DNA of 64,000 bases from Veleropilina oligotropha (lineage: Eukaryota): the NCBI GenBank assembly GCA_048128005.1, contig JBEUKZ010000010.1:558001-622000 (forward strand), in the 5' to 3' direction. Within the stretch, counting starts at the first letter, position 1; every line of letters begins with the position of its first letter. Both the position numbers and the translations under genes were made by a program. Of this stretch, positions 44,628-55,870 are shown one piece after another. Below the pieces are notes generated by a model. That model saw only the letters and a program-made list of their open reading frames with translations, made no database searches and was not told the DNA's origin.

Positions 44628-46998
44628 CACGATTACCCACCCTGCGTTTCGCATTCCTCCCCTCTACTAAGTTCCTTTGGGGGTTCTGAACTTTGAATTG
44701 AGGTCTTGTGACTTCGATGGTTCGGAAGTCTCGCGAGACTTGGCGAGATCTCGCTGGGGGAACTTAGGAGAGCGGGAGCAGGGGAGGTAATCGTGGTACG
44801 TTTTGACTTATAAAGAGTGCATAATGTGACTTATTCACTGTTTCCGGTTAGCGATAATATTACTATTATGGCAAGAGTAAGGACGTAAGTATGTTTTAAC
44901 TAATATTAGGTTTAAATTAAAACCTCATATTGTGTTGACCTATTTCTAGGGACACCTTTACCTGGCAACGTTCACCTGTGAAATGATTTCAGCGAGGTGT
45001 TTATCCATAACGAGGCAATTACAGTCTCGCACATTCTGCTACAATAAAATTAATCTTAGGAACATCGCAGAAGTAGAATTTCTCGTACAGAAAAATCTCT
45101 ATAAAACGATGTAAAACCTATTTTACGGCAGTGGACATTTAATATCTCTTCCGATTGGACAAGATTTTGAGCGGGTGAATTTATTTTGTAAGGTTAATTT
45201 ACTACTTTATATTTATTATCGTGAGGTCCCAGTATAATATATTGTATACTTTGATTTTGTATAAAAGTTAAATTTTTGGACCAATTCTTTAGACGATCAA
45301 ATATTTTAATACTAATTATAGATCGTTTTGAATTGGTTTTTTCGCCGTCAAAGATCCATCTCATTCATTTGGTTATAATTTAAAATTTTGTATCATAAAA
45401 AATGCGGATTGCGTATTAGTGCGAAAATTTTCGTAATTTCAGCCACTTATTGTGTTGTATAGCATTATTTTCCGCAATTAACAATCCAACTTTTTCATAT
45501 AACCCTGACATGACGTCCTCAAACTTGCACTTCCGTTAGCAGTCATAAACAGCGAACATAGTCGACAAGTGTGTGGTAAGAAATGAGTTCTAACTCTATT
45601 GTAGCGTATGGGTGAGTGATTAATTATAGTAATATATCTTCCATATGGTGACTGTTTTCATCACGACACATCACCATCGTGTTGATTGTGGATTTAGTAC
45701 GATTTTTATGTGCCATGGGTGTCCCTACTATTTCTTCAACACATGGCAGTGGTCTTCACTCTTTGACGTCATTTTATTGCTTTTCACGGACAGTCATGGT
45801 GTAAAACCAATGTTATACCTTGCGATAAGGTCCAACTCCCATCAGCTGATCTCCAAATGATAACAACAAACTTTACAGTTGCTAAAAATCGTAAAATATG
45901 ATAGTAAACAAAGCCAATAGACCGATTTTTCTTAGCTGACACATGTTATATGTATTTACGCATGTCCGGAAACAATTTACGCGTCATAGCTACTAAATAT
46001 TCATTTCTGCTACTACATATGTATAATAGGGTCGTTTTGGACCCTATCCGCTGCCAAAGAGTTAATCTGCTGCCGTCGCCAGGCATACGATTATGCAGAT
46101 GATGAAGTGCATTGTGCATGCGCGAGTGACAAATATTTATAATAAAAATATAGGATAAAGTAAGTGCCGGTGCTCGTTAAAAACAATTTACATGGGAGTA
46201 ATGGACGCCTAGTCTCTGTCTAAAATATTAGGTGTATAATAGTATATTGAATGATGAATTGATTTCGATACGAACGCAAAATAAATCTACACAAATAACA
46301 ATTATGGAATCCCAACCCTGTGAGGGCCTTTTGATAAGTGTAGTATTTTGCTCTTAGTCTAAATGACTGAAGTTAAACTTTCCGTTCCCGGCACGTATTC
46401 CAAAATGTCACACATAATTAAGTACATTCTCTGCCGTCACATGTTCTAACGTCCCGTCATTAGACAAATGATATGCATACATGTATTAACGAGTTATCAG
46501 AATTTGTCATGTTTCCACCATCATTAATATAGTTAGCTATGTTGAAGTTTTAAATTATATTGGCAATTATCTGTTACCTACTTTGTTTCCCAAATGATGA
46601 TAATTCACGAGGCAATAAATCATGGCTGAACGCATGTCATTCTGAAATCTGTTTATATATTAGTACACAATTTTATTACCTCGTAGTCTCTAGAACCAAT
46701 TTGTTATGATTCCAGTATTATGACATAAATATATTTATTCTATATTTCTTGAAAAGGTAAAATATATACACACTATATGGTATCTTAATTTTCCAAAGAA
46801 TGAAATCCTGTCTTTGTTTTAAACGTAAACAACGTTGAAGAGTAGTAAATATGTTTCAGGTGCTACCAGTGACGAACAGCAAATATAAATATATGACGCA
46901 AACCAAATATGCATATAATGAATGATGGCAAAAATGAAACAAATAATGCTTGTTTTCATTTCCCGAGACCGATTTCCTCTTTCAGTTCCGTCGCTGAA

Positions 46999-48185
46999 TT
47001 ATGTCTCCCCATCCCTGTGGGGAGACATACTGTTTTTGTATCGTCCGTCTGTCCGTCCGTCTGTCTGTCACACTTTGGTTTCCGGACGATAACTACCGTT
47101 TCCTTTGAGCGATTATGCTCATATTTGGTACACAGGTTGCTTATGAGGAGAGGTCCCTTGGGATTGCTTTTCAGGGCGGCACGCCAAAGGTCATGTGATC
47201 TGCGACTAAATATAGAATTTTGACTCAGATTTGGTTTCCAGACCATAACTACCGTTTCCTTTGAGTGATTATGCTCATATTTGGTACACGGGTTGCTTAT
47301 GAGGAGAGGTCCCTTGGGATTGCTTTTCAGGGCGGCACGCCAAAGGTCATGTGATCTGCGACTAAATATAGAATTTTGACTCAGATTTGGTTTCCAGACG
47401 ATAACTACCGTTTCCTTTGAGCGATTATGCTCATATTTGGTACACAGGTTGCTTATGAGGAGAGGTCCCTTGGGATTGCTTTTCAGGGCGGTACGCCAAA
47501 GGTCATGTGATCTGCGACTAAAAATAGAATTTTGACTCAGATTTGGTTTCCAGACGATAACTACTGTTTCCTTTGAGTGATTATGCTCATATTTGGTACT
47601 CGGGTTGCTTATGAGGAGAGGTCCCTTGGGATTGCTTTTTAGGTCGGTATGCCAAAGGTCATGTGATCTGCGACTAAAAATAGAATTTTGACTCAGATTT
47701 GGTTTCCAGACGATAACTAACGTTTCCTTTCAGCGATTATGCTCATATTTGGTACACGGGTTGGTTATGAGGAGAGGTCCCTTGGGATTGCTTTTCAGGT
47801 CGGTATGCCGAAGGTCATGTGATCTGCGACTAAAAATAGAATTTTGACTCAGATTTGGTTTCCAGATGATAACTAACGTTTCCTTTCAGCGATTATGCTC
47901 ATATTTGGTACACGGGTTGGTTATGAGGAGTGGTCCCTTGGGATTGCTTTTCAGGTCGGTACGCCAAAGGTCATGTGATCTGCGACTAAAAATAGAATTT
48001 TGACTCAGATTTGACCAGTCTTACAACCTGATCGAATGCACGTATTGCTTATATGAAAAATGAACTCGCAACTGTTTTCAGTTGCAAAACTGATTGTGAC
48101 TAGAAGTTGCCAGGATATTCCTTTTACACTTCTATTCAAATAGGGGAGACATTCCTGTTATTGTGGACAATAACAACATCTAGTT
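46999..48185 (-). mobile_element. Helentron-like (HINE) element with ~6 x 156-bp internal tandem repeats
   Basis: Hairpin TGTCTCCCC...GGGGAGACA, GTCC/GTCT microsatellite, 156-bp array 47074-48010, distal GGGGAGACAT and terminal CTAGTT. Confidence 0.75.
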
Positions 48186-48754
48186 TTAAATCAAAGTTGC
48201 ATAGTTATCTGCCCTTGAATTTGCTTTGAAACTTGAAACTTTTTTTAATGTGCGTTACCGTGTAGAGCTGGCACTACATGGTTGTAGTGATGCTGTTTCA
48301 CGAATAAGATACAGTCATACTTGACTAGAAATTTTCTCAATTATCGCATGTTCATTGCACACAACATCCATCTATCAAGTAGAGAGGTTGAACCAGGGTC
48401 CAACTACAGTATGAATCAAGTGTTAATACCTTGTTGTAAAACAACCAATTGTAAATGAATTTATGAATGCAAATGTATAATTTACTGCGATTGGTGTCTC
48501 AGGTCTGCTCCGGAGGAGAACTACTTGAAATCATATGATGAAATAAACTGGCCATAGCCAAACCCTTGTAATGGGACCGAGAAGTGTAGTCTGGAGTCTT
48601 GACTGAAAATGGTTACAATGTCAAGTAAACAGGTTCAACTCAAATGCCTTAGAAAGATGCCATTCGCTGCTAATTCAAGTACTGTAGTCATAATTATTGT
48701 ACTGTCTGTACCAACAATGTAATATTGATTGTGTATTGTAATCTTTTCTTGCAG

Positions 48755-48915
48755 AGCCGATTGCGTACAGCGAGATGGCGGTTCGCCAGAATGCTGCCGT
48801 GCTGGACTACTGTCGGACATCTGTGTCCTCTCTGTCTGGAGCTACAGCCGGAATCCTTGGACTAACAGGACTCCAGGGATTTGCTTTCTACTTTATAACA
48901 GCAATTCTATTGTCT
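48755..48915 (+). CDS. EMC6: EMC6 coding exon 2 ([54 protein letters not shown])
   Basis: [11 protein letters not shown]...[13 protein letters not shown] is the EMC6 signature; acceptor TTTTCTTGCAG, donor GTGAGT. Confidence 0.95.
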
Positions 48916-48948
48916 GTGAGTGACAGTGTGATTGGATATACAGTAGAT

Positions 48949-50545
48949 ATTATAAGTTGTTTTCCGATCACGAGGGGGACATCGGTGATTGTATTCCGCC
49001 TGACGTTGTACCCCGAAGCGCGTAGCGCTGAGGGGTACAACTTCAGGAAGGAATACAATCACCGATGTCCCCCGAGTGATCGGAAGACAACGATTTTATC
49101 TTACTTTAAAATGAAATAAATGGTCTGAATGTTGGCAGTATTTAATATGAACCAAACCGTCTATTTTCCGTCAAGACATATTGCAAACATGTGACGTCAC
49201 GTTCTTTACACAATTGCATTTGTGAATAAATAAACACTGTTTAACAATAATTAAACTTTTAATATTTAAATGACGACATTAAAAAGAAATATAACTTATG
49301 AACCTTAAATTAAAAAAACAACAACGATAAATTGTTCATCGGTTTGAGAGTATATCAAGAGTTATTTTTGGATATAAACATTAACGGTTTGAATGCTGCA
49401 GTTTTTAAATATCTCTGGTTGCTGAACAGGTGGTCTCGGGAAATCGCTAAGGAAATCTGTGAACAGTTGAGATATTATTGTTTCGTCGAGGTTTTCGGTA
49501 GAAGTATGGACTGTCTGGATTGATGATGTTGCAGTAGATGGACAAATTTCAATATTCATACGTGTGCGTTGGTTTATTGCAATATTGGATGACGAGAGCT
49601 CGTGTGTCATTCCATGTGCTATGGCGTGACCCATTTGCAACTTTTCTCGATCTGACGTGCGTTGATAAACACAGGGAACTCACGCTTTTGTGTCCCGTTA
49701 CACTCATAATTTGTGAAGGACCAAAATTGGAACGAGTGAGGATTGTGGCTCCTGTTACCCTTATACTGTGATTCGTGTAGACTTGGGATAGCTTCGCACG
49801 CTTGCTTAGCGCTGACATAAACGATGCCAACGTATTTCGGCCAATGGGCTTGTTGCCGTACCAAACATCGCTCTCGTCCAAGAAACTGCCTAACGGATGT
49901 TGCCATAAACGATCGCAGTGTGGATGAAGTTTTGATGTGTAGCGCAAGAACGATGACACTGGACATAATGAAGAATCGGACTGTTCTGGCATAAATGCAT
50001 CTGTTATTATATCGAATGTTTTTAAATGCGGAGGTGCCTTTAAATATCTATTAATTCCATGCCTTATCCCCTCTAATGTTGTCGTCTTATATAGCTCCCA
50101 TTGCTTTGTCCTTAAATCGACGTAAAAGTGTCCCAGTATATCCGCTAGCCTTACTTTATCGAACTTTTCCAAATCCGTGTGTAATTTTTTTTCCTGTAGA
50201 TATTCTCTAAATATAACTGCTGCACATGTGTTTGATTTCTTTGTATTCCTCGGAATAATGTTCTCTTTCTTGTTTATATCTTCTTGTGTATTATTGCCAA
50301 ATCGATTAGATGCCATTTGTAAACATACGCAGACGAAAAATCTTAATTTGAGTCAGGCATGGTTATCTCCCCTATATCATGCAATCGACGGAAAACGTCA
50401 TTGAGATAAGCTTGAAAATCACACGGTGTACAATGCCGCCATTGTTTTCAGTTGTACACCGTATAATCCCGTGCACACCGTGGATTGTCAACGGGCAAAC
50501 AACCAATGAAAATCGAGTATTTTAATAGAAAGTAAGATAAATTAT
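48949..50545 (-). mobile_element. Crypton-like (DUF3504-type tyrosine recombinase) DNA transposon, internally deleted, in EMC6 intron 2
   Basis: ORF 49549-50316 with LCPV, WY..PIGRNTL, YTNHSIR and TGHKS motifs; central part of the YR domain appears missing after ITDAF; long terminal palindrome 48956-49091; subterminal inverted pair TTTATCTTACTTT / AAAGTAAGATAAA; ATTAT at both ends. Confidence 0.8.
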
Positions 50546-50910
50546 GATGTATCATGTTTATTGTGAATAATATTTATCTTGTCGAACTTAGTTCACTGAA
50601 TGAGCTACCTCTGTGCTGAAGTCTTACTAAAAATTTATTAGTCTTGGTTGTCCTTTGAAATTTAATTCTTCTGGGGCATTTCTCATATTTTCTCGAACAT
50701 AATCCGATGTTCACAAATTTTTGTCCAAAATGGACATGTTAAAAAAGAACATTATCTTTTTACCTGGGAAAGAAGTTATTGGGATGTTGTATTGTGCTAC
50801 GTAAATTATATGCTGCTTTGTATGATATTTCTGAAATATAATACATGTACGTAAATTAATACAATATTCACTAATATACATTAAAATCATCTGGATTCTT
50901 TCTTTTTCAG

Positions 50911-51003
50911 TTTCTGCTGTTATTCAAGGCAGGTTCACAATGGAGCAAATATTTCGTAGCTAGGAGGCAGTTCTTTATTAGCGGACTCTTTGGTGGATTA
51001 TTT
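50911..51003 (+). CDS. EMC6: EMC6 coding exon 3 (FLLLFKAGSQWSKYFVARRQFFISGLFGGLF)
   Basis: Matches EMC6 KAG..W.KYF..RR.....GL.GGLF; acceptor TTTTTCAG; U12-type donor GTATCCTTTT. Confidence 0.93.
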
Positions 51004-52320
51004 GTATCCTTTTTTTACGAGACGCATTAATCATCCTTTATTTACCAAATAGCGAGATTGGACCCTTGAATTTTGTAGAATTAGCACAATACAGTGTTTG
51101 ATCGATAATTCAAATAGTTTTCATCTATTCATCACCAAATTTGTTAAGAGTGATTACGACAATCATATCTAGGCCAAGTTTGATATCCATCAAGACCGGA
51201 CAAGTTCAACTAGAGTATTGCCTCTACATTTTTATATATATAAATACCATATAATACGGAGTTTTCATAAATATTTCATCTAACTTGATAATAATGTGGG
51301 TAGCATTAAATTCTTGATCAAGGTCTGAGAAGTTGAACCAGAGTCTGAGTGTAAGTGTAAATTGCAGAATATGCAGCCTGCTATGCTAAATTTACTCAGT
51401 ACACAGTGATGTATGCTCACCTCTTTGAATAGTCTGTCAAAGTATGCATCATACGATGAAGATTGGTAGGTTTCTATCCACTTTTCTGAGGACACCAGAA
51501 GGGTACGGCAAATCATGTTCAATGCACTAGTTCTTGTCGATGAGTGAAGTTATGTCAACCCGAGCGATATATACACATAACAGATGGAGAGAGAGCGAGG
51601 CTGTTATGTTTATATCGCCAAGGGGTGGCAGATGTATTATCTTTTATACACCGCAAAAATCTATTCCAAATTGTAAGTTGCCACCCCTTAAAACATTCAA
51701 TTGCCCAGCATAACGCGCTCATGGGGTGTTATGAGAAATCGACTCTTCCATTGGCAAGTTGTCAAATCCTTTGTCACTAAATGTAGTCTGTCCAGCGAGC
51801 CAAGTTAATCATTGTCAATTGGAACAATGGGTCAGTTAATGCTAGGACTATTGTTCAAGTAACCAACCCCGTGGTGTGTATGCAACGCTGAGCATGATCA
51901 GTGTTTGGATGGGTGCCATGCGGGAAACTGTCCATGTGTTGTAGACAAAAGTGTGTGATTTTATGAAGATGCAAAAACGGGGTCCATTCTATAATAAGAA
52001 TAAACTATTGTTACAATGTGGCCTTGAAACAAACCTATTCATAACAAACAGGCTTTCCATCCACTGTAATAGAAACATCACAGTGTTGTGTAATCTTGGA
52101 TAATGGTTAGCAGTGTTGTCTATTCAGTCTGACAGCATCTCTGTCTTGATTTGTGTGGTACCAAGTTTATCAGTGATTGTATGACATATCGACAGAATTA
52201 GTCCTAAATTCTCGTTAAAAGTAATCAATCAGACCAAATTGTTGATTAATATGATAAAAAATTCACTTTAGTTATATAGCGTGCCATTTATTTGTTATTC
52301 TCCTTAACTTTGTATTTCAG
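51004..52320 (+). other. EMC6: EMC6 intron 3, U12-type GT-AG
   Basis: 5' site GTATCCTTTT; branch site TCCTTAAC at 52301-52308, 12 nt before the 3' end. Confidence 0.92.
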
Positions 52321-52340
52321 ACATATGTTTTATTTTGGAC
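52321..52340 (+). CDS. EMC6: EMC6 coding exon 4, 20-nt microexon (TYVLFWT)
   Basis: ACATATGTTTTATTTTGGAC encodes the conserved TYVLFW(T); phases fit both neighbours. Confidence 0.92.
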
Positions 52341-52659
52341 GTATCCTTTTGATTATGCAATTTACAACAGAAAATTGTAGATCATATGGTATTATTTATA
52401 TCATTATTGTATTTATTTGATGGCCAGATGATTCTAATTTTTAGTCACAATGGATTTTAAGCAAAGACAATATGGGTGGATGTCGTGTCATTCTCCATCC
52501 AAATGCACGACTGTGCTGCTTTGTCACTGCGGGTTTGTCTTCACGTCAAAAGCCCTTCAGAGTTAACAGTCGTGGTAGTCCATATTTGGGAAAGGCAGGC
52601 GTATTTGATATTCTTTCCCATAATATGTTTGTGACTTCTTTTGTGTGTTTCATTATGCT

Positions 52660-52815
52660 CCCACAAACGAAGTTGCAAATTCCCTCCCGCTCCATATCTT
52701 CGATACTATTTCGCCTAGCGATACGAACCTTGATGTGTGGATGCGTCATAACTGCACTTAATCCAAAATTCCCTTCCGCTCCATATCTTCCATACTGAAG
52801 ATATGATCACTCACT
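52660..52815 (-). repeat. Fragment of the 13.8-17.3-kb HINE family, reverse orientation
   Basis: AAATTCCCTTCCGCTCCATATC and CTTGATGTGTGGATGCGTCATAAC are reverse complements of that repeat unit. Confidence 0.7.
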
Positions 52816-52939
52816 CCTGTGATAGCTCTAGTTATTTGTTAAGGGCGTCATGACTGAGTGACTATAATGCACCACCGCAACGAGTTCGATCACCGGGTGT
52901 CGTTGAGGTTTTTTTATGTATGACGTCTTCATTGCACAC

Positions 52940-53509
52940 AGAATGCAGACATTAAACCGTCGACATGACTGAATGCAGACATTAAACCGTCAACATGACT
53001 GAATGCAGACATTAAACCGTCGACATGACTGAATGCAGACATTAAGCCGTCGACATGACTGAATGCAGACATTAAACCGTCGACATGACTGAATGAGACA
53101 TTAAACCGTCGACATTACTGAATGCAGACATTAAACCATCGACATGACTGAATGCAGACATTAAACCGTCACATGACAGAATGCAGACATTAAACGTCGA
53201 CATGACTGAATGCAGACATTAAACCGTCGACATGACTGAATGCAGACATTAAACCGTCGACATGACTGAATGCAGACATTAAACCGTCGACATGACTGAA
53301 TGCAGACATTAAACCGTCGACATGACTGAATGCAGACATTAAACCGTCGACATGACTGAATGCAGACATTAAACCGTCGACATGACAGAATGCAGACATT
53401 AAACTTCGACATGACTGAATGCAGACATTAAACCGTTGACATGACTGAATGCAGACATTAAACCGTCGACATCACTGAATGCAGACATTAAACCGTCGAC
53501 ATGACTGAA
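52940..53509. repeat. 30-bp minisatellite GAATGCAGACATTAAACCGTCGACATGACT (~19 copies)
   Basis: Directly visible tandem array inside EMC6 intron 4. Confidence 0.96.
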
Positions 53510-53738
53510 AAATTGTTACAATGCAGTGTAAAACTGTATGATTCAAATCATGCATGTCGTCATCATTGCACATGTAATTTATTTAAATGATTTATTGTTG
53601 ATTGACGAGAATAAGATTGAACAATTGTTGATATTCTTGATTGATCGAGTCGGTCCATGTCAAATGGTTTATTCCCTGAATACATCTTTGGTTTTCTTTT
53701 AGTTGCTGGTTCTAATATTTTCTTTGACTTTCCTGCAG

Positions 53739-53769
53739 ATTTCTTTACGGAATGGTGCATGTATATTGA
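53739..53769 (+). CDS. EMC6: EMC6 last coding exon (FLYGMVHVY*)
   Basis: Conserved EMC6 C-terminus; acceptor TCCTGCAG; the first A completes the Thr codon from exon 4. Confidence 0.95.
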
Positions 53770-54497
53770 GAATCATAGAGCATACAGAAATCATCATCTG
53801 TTCATCATTTGGGGAAATTACTGCATTTATTCAGAGAAACGTGTCTTATCTTTACAGAAGCAAGGAAGATGACATTGTATATGCTGGTTTATTATGCATA
53901 AATTGGGGCGATGTTGTTCATAGGCCATAATAATAATAATGAAGACTTTGTTAGACATTTTATCAAGAGTGTGTAATCTTGTAATATTCAACTATAATTA
54001 TACAAATGTAAACTGTAATACAACTTCATGTCCAGATTTTTTATATTCCGCTTTATATAATATAACGATATTAATTCAATGTCTTTTCCACATCTTTTTT
54101 GTATTTATTATATATAAATAATTTAAAAGTGCATTGTAAAATTTGATATTTGAACTTAACTGTATATAAATAAGAAATATAAATCTTGCGCTAGTCAATT
54201 AATCAATTCTATACAGATGCATCCATTATATGAGTGTCAAGAATGCTGCCTTTGTGTGTACCTCTAAATTCACTATCACTGACTGCACTTGGTCACTCTG
54301 ATAGCCACATGGATAAAATCAAAGAATCTGCTCCACTGCTCTGTCTATCAGGAGTGGGTTAGAAATCCTCCATGGGACTCTTTGTTCAGTTAACAGTCGC
54401 AGCTGGTGAGGGCTGGTTTTCCTGGGTCCTGGTATGAACTTGAAGATTGTTAAAAACAAGGCATTAAACAAATATCGATCCAATCTATTAGAATTGG

Positions 54498-55518
54498 TGT
54501 TCATGCCTTATTGATAACACAGACAGCTGTAGTGGGTTCATGCCTTATTGATAACACAGGCAGCTGTAGTGGGTTCATGTCTTATTGATGACACAGGCAG
54601 CTGTAGTGGGTTCATGTCTTATTGATTACACAGGCAGCTGTAGTGGGTTCATCATGCCTTATTGATAACACAGGCAGCTGTAGTGGGTTCATCATGCCTT
54701 ATTGATAACACAGGCAGCTGTAGTGGGTTCATGCCTCATTGATAACACAGGCAGCTGTAGTGGGTTCATGCCTCATTGATAACACAGGCAGCTGTAGTGG
54801 GTTCATGTCTTATTGATGACACAGGCAGCTGTAGTGGGTTCATGTCTTATTGATAACACAGGCAGCTGTAGTGGGTTCATGCCTCATTGATAACACAGGC
54901 AGCTGTAGTGGGTTCATGCCTCATTGATAACACAGGCAGCTGTAGTGGGTTCATGTCTTATTGATGACACAGGTAGCTGTAGTGGGTTCATCATGCCTTA
55001 TTGATAACACAGGCAGCTGTAGTGGGTTCATCATGCCTTATTGATAACACAGGCAGCTGTAGTGGGTTCATGCCTCATTGATAACACAGGCAGCTGTAGT
55101 GGGTTCATGCCTCATTGATAACACAGGCAGCTGTAGTGGGTTCGTGTCTTATTGATGACACAGGCAGCTGTAGTGGGTTCATGTCTTATTGATGACACAG
55201 GCAGCTGTAGTGGGTTCATGTCTTATTGATGACACAGGCAGCTGTAGTGGGTTCATGTCTTATTGATAACACAGGCAGTGCCAGCTGTAGTGGGTTCATG
55301 TCTTATTGATGACACAGGCAGCTGTAGTGGGTTCATGTCTTATTGATGACACAGGCAGCTGTAGTGGGTTCATGTCTTATTGATAACACAGGCAGCTGTA
55401 GTGGGTTCATGTCTTATTGATGACACAGGCAGCTGTAGTGGGTTCATGTCTTATTGATGACACAGGCAGCTGTAGTGGGTTGATGCCTTATTGATACCAC
55501 AGACAGCTGTAGTGGGTT
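54498..55518. repeat. 37-bp minisatellite GGGTTCATGYCTTATTGATRACACAGGCAGCTGTAGT
   Basis: Directly visible tandem array with minor variants (CAT insertion). Confidence 0.96.
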
Positions 55519-55623
55519 TCGCCAAATATTTCATGAATTTCCTCTAACGATAATTGGAAATAACTTGAGTTGTTTACAAAGACAATAAATACAAAAAGTT
55601 AAATGTTCGTCCTCACTTCAATT

Positions 55624-55870
55624 GGATGGATGGATGGATGCTTAATGTCCTGTATATTTACAACAATCAGGTTCAAGGCAGATCATGTCCATATTATCGC
55701 GGAAGGATAGTCCTGTCGCCCTGGGAAATGTCTCTCCGGCCAACTGCGATGGATCACTGGACAAAAAATGTTAATGTCTCAGCCGAGATTCGAACCAACT
55801 CCTGTTAGTTAGCGCAATCGAGCCAGTGATTCGGAGTCTGCAGTCGATACCACAGGACTACTGGAGCGGC
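55624..55870 (-). mobile_element. tRNA-derived SINE, family B
   Basis: B-box GGTTCGAATC on the minus strand, head GCCGCTCCAGTAGTCCTGTGG, GGAT-repeat tail; related to other copies at 57.7-60.4 kb. Confidence 0.7.

Larger units (their letters stand above)
31635..44928 (+). mobile_element. DIRS1-like retrotransposon, copy 2 (gag frameshift; YR interrupted by a LINE)
   Basis: ITRs 31635-31854 / 44689-44928, ICR 44538-44627, ORFs highly similar to copy 1. Confidence 0.95.
31069..46061. mobile_element. Possible TTAA-flanked (piggyBac-like) non-autonomous element hosting DIRS copy 2
   Basis: TTAA-CTCTTTGGCAG at 31065-31079 and CTGCCAAAGAG-TTAA at 46051-46065 (15-bp perfect inverted match including TTAA); the match does not extend further. 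Confidence 0.4.
52341..53738 (+). other. EMC6: EMC6 intron 4, U12-type GT-AG
   Basis: 5' site GTATCCTTTT; branch-like TTTCTTTGAC at ~53719-53728, 10 nt before the 3' end. Confidence 0.85.

Noticed and set aside
45530..45581. Donor GTG|GTAAGA as EMC6 first exon
   Set aside because: No ATG-bearing phase-1 frame to complete exon 2, and it lies in probable transposon sequence; 30844-30886 fits better.
48775..49119. 114-aa ORF as a single-exon EMC6
   Set aside because: Homology stops at the GTGAGT donor (48916); the rest reads into intron and Crypton palindrome.
55780..55870. Functional tRNA or tRNA-Sec gene
   Set aside because: No proper cloverleaf; attached to SINE body and tail, with several degenerate copies nearby.
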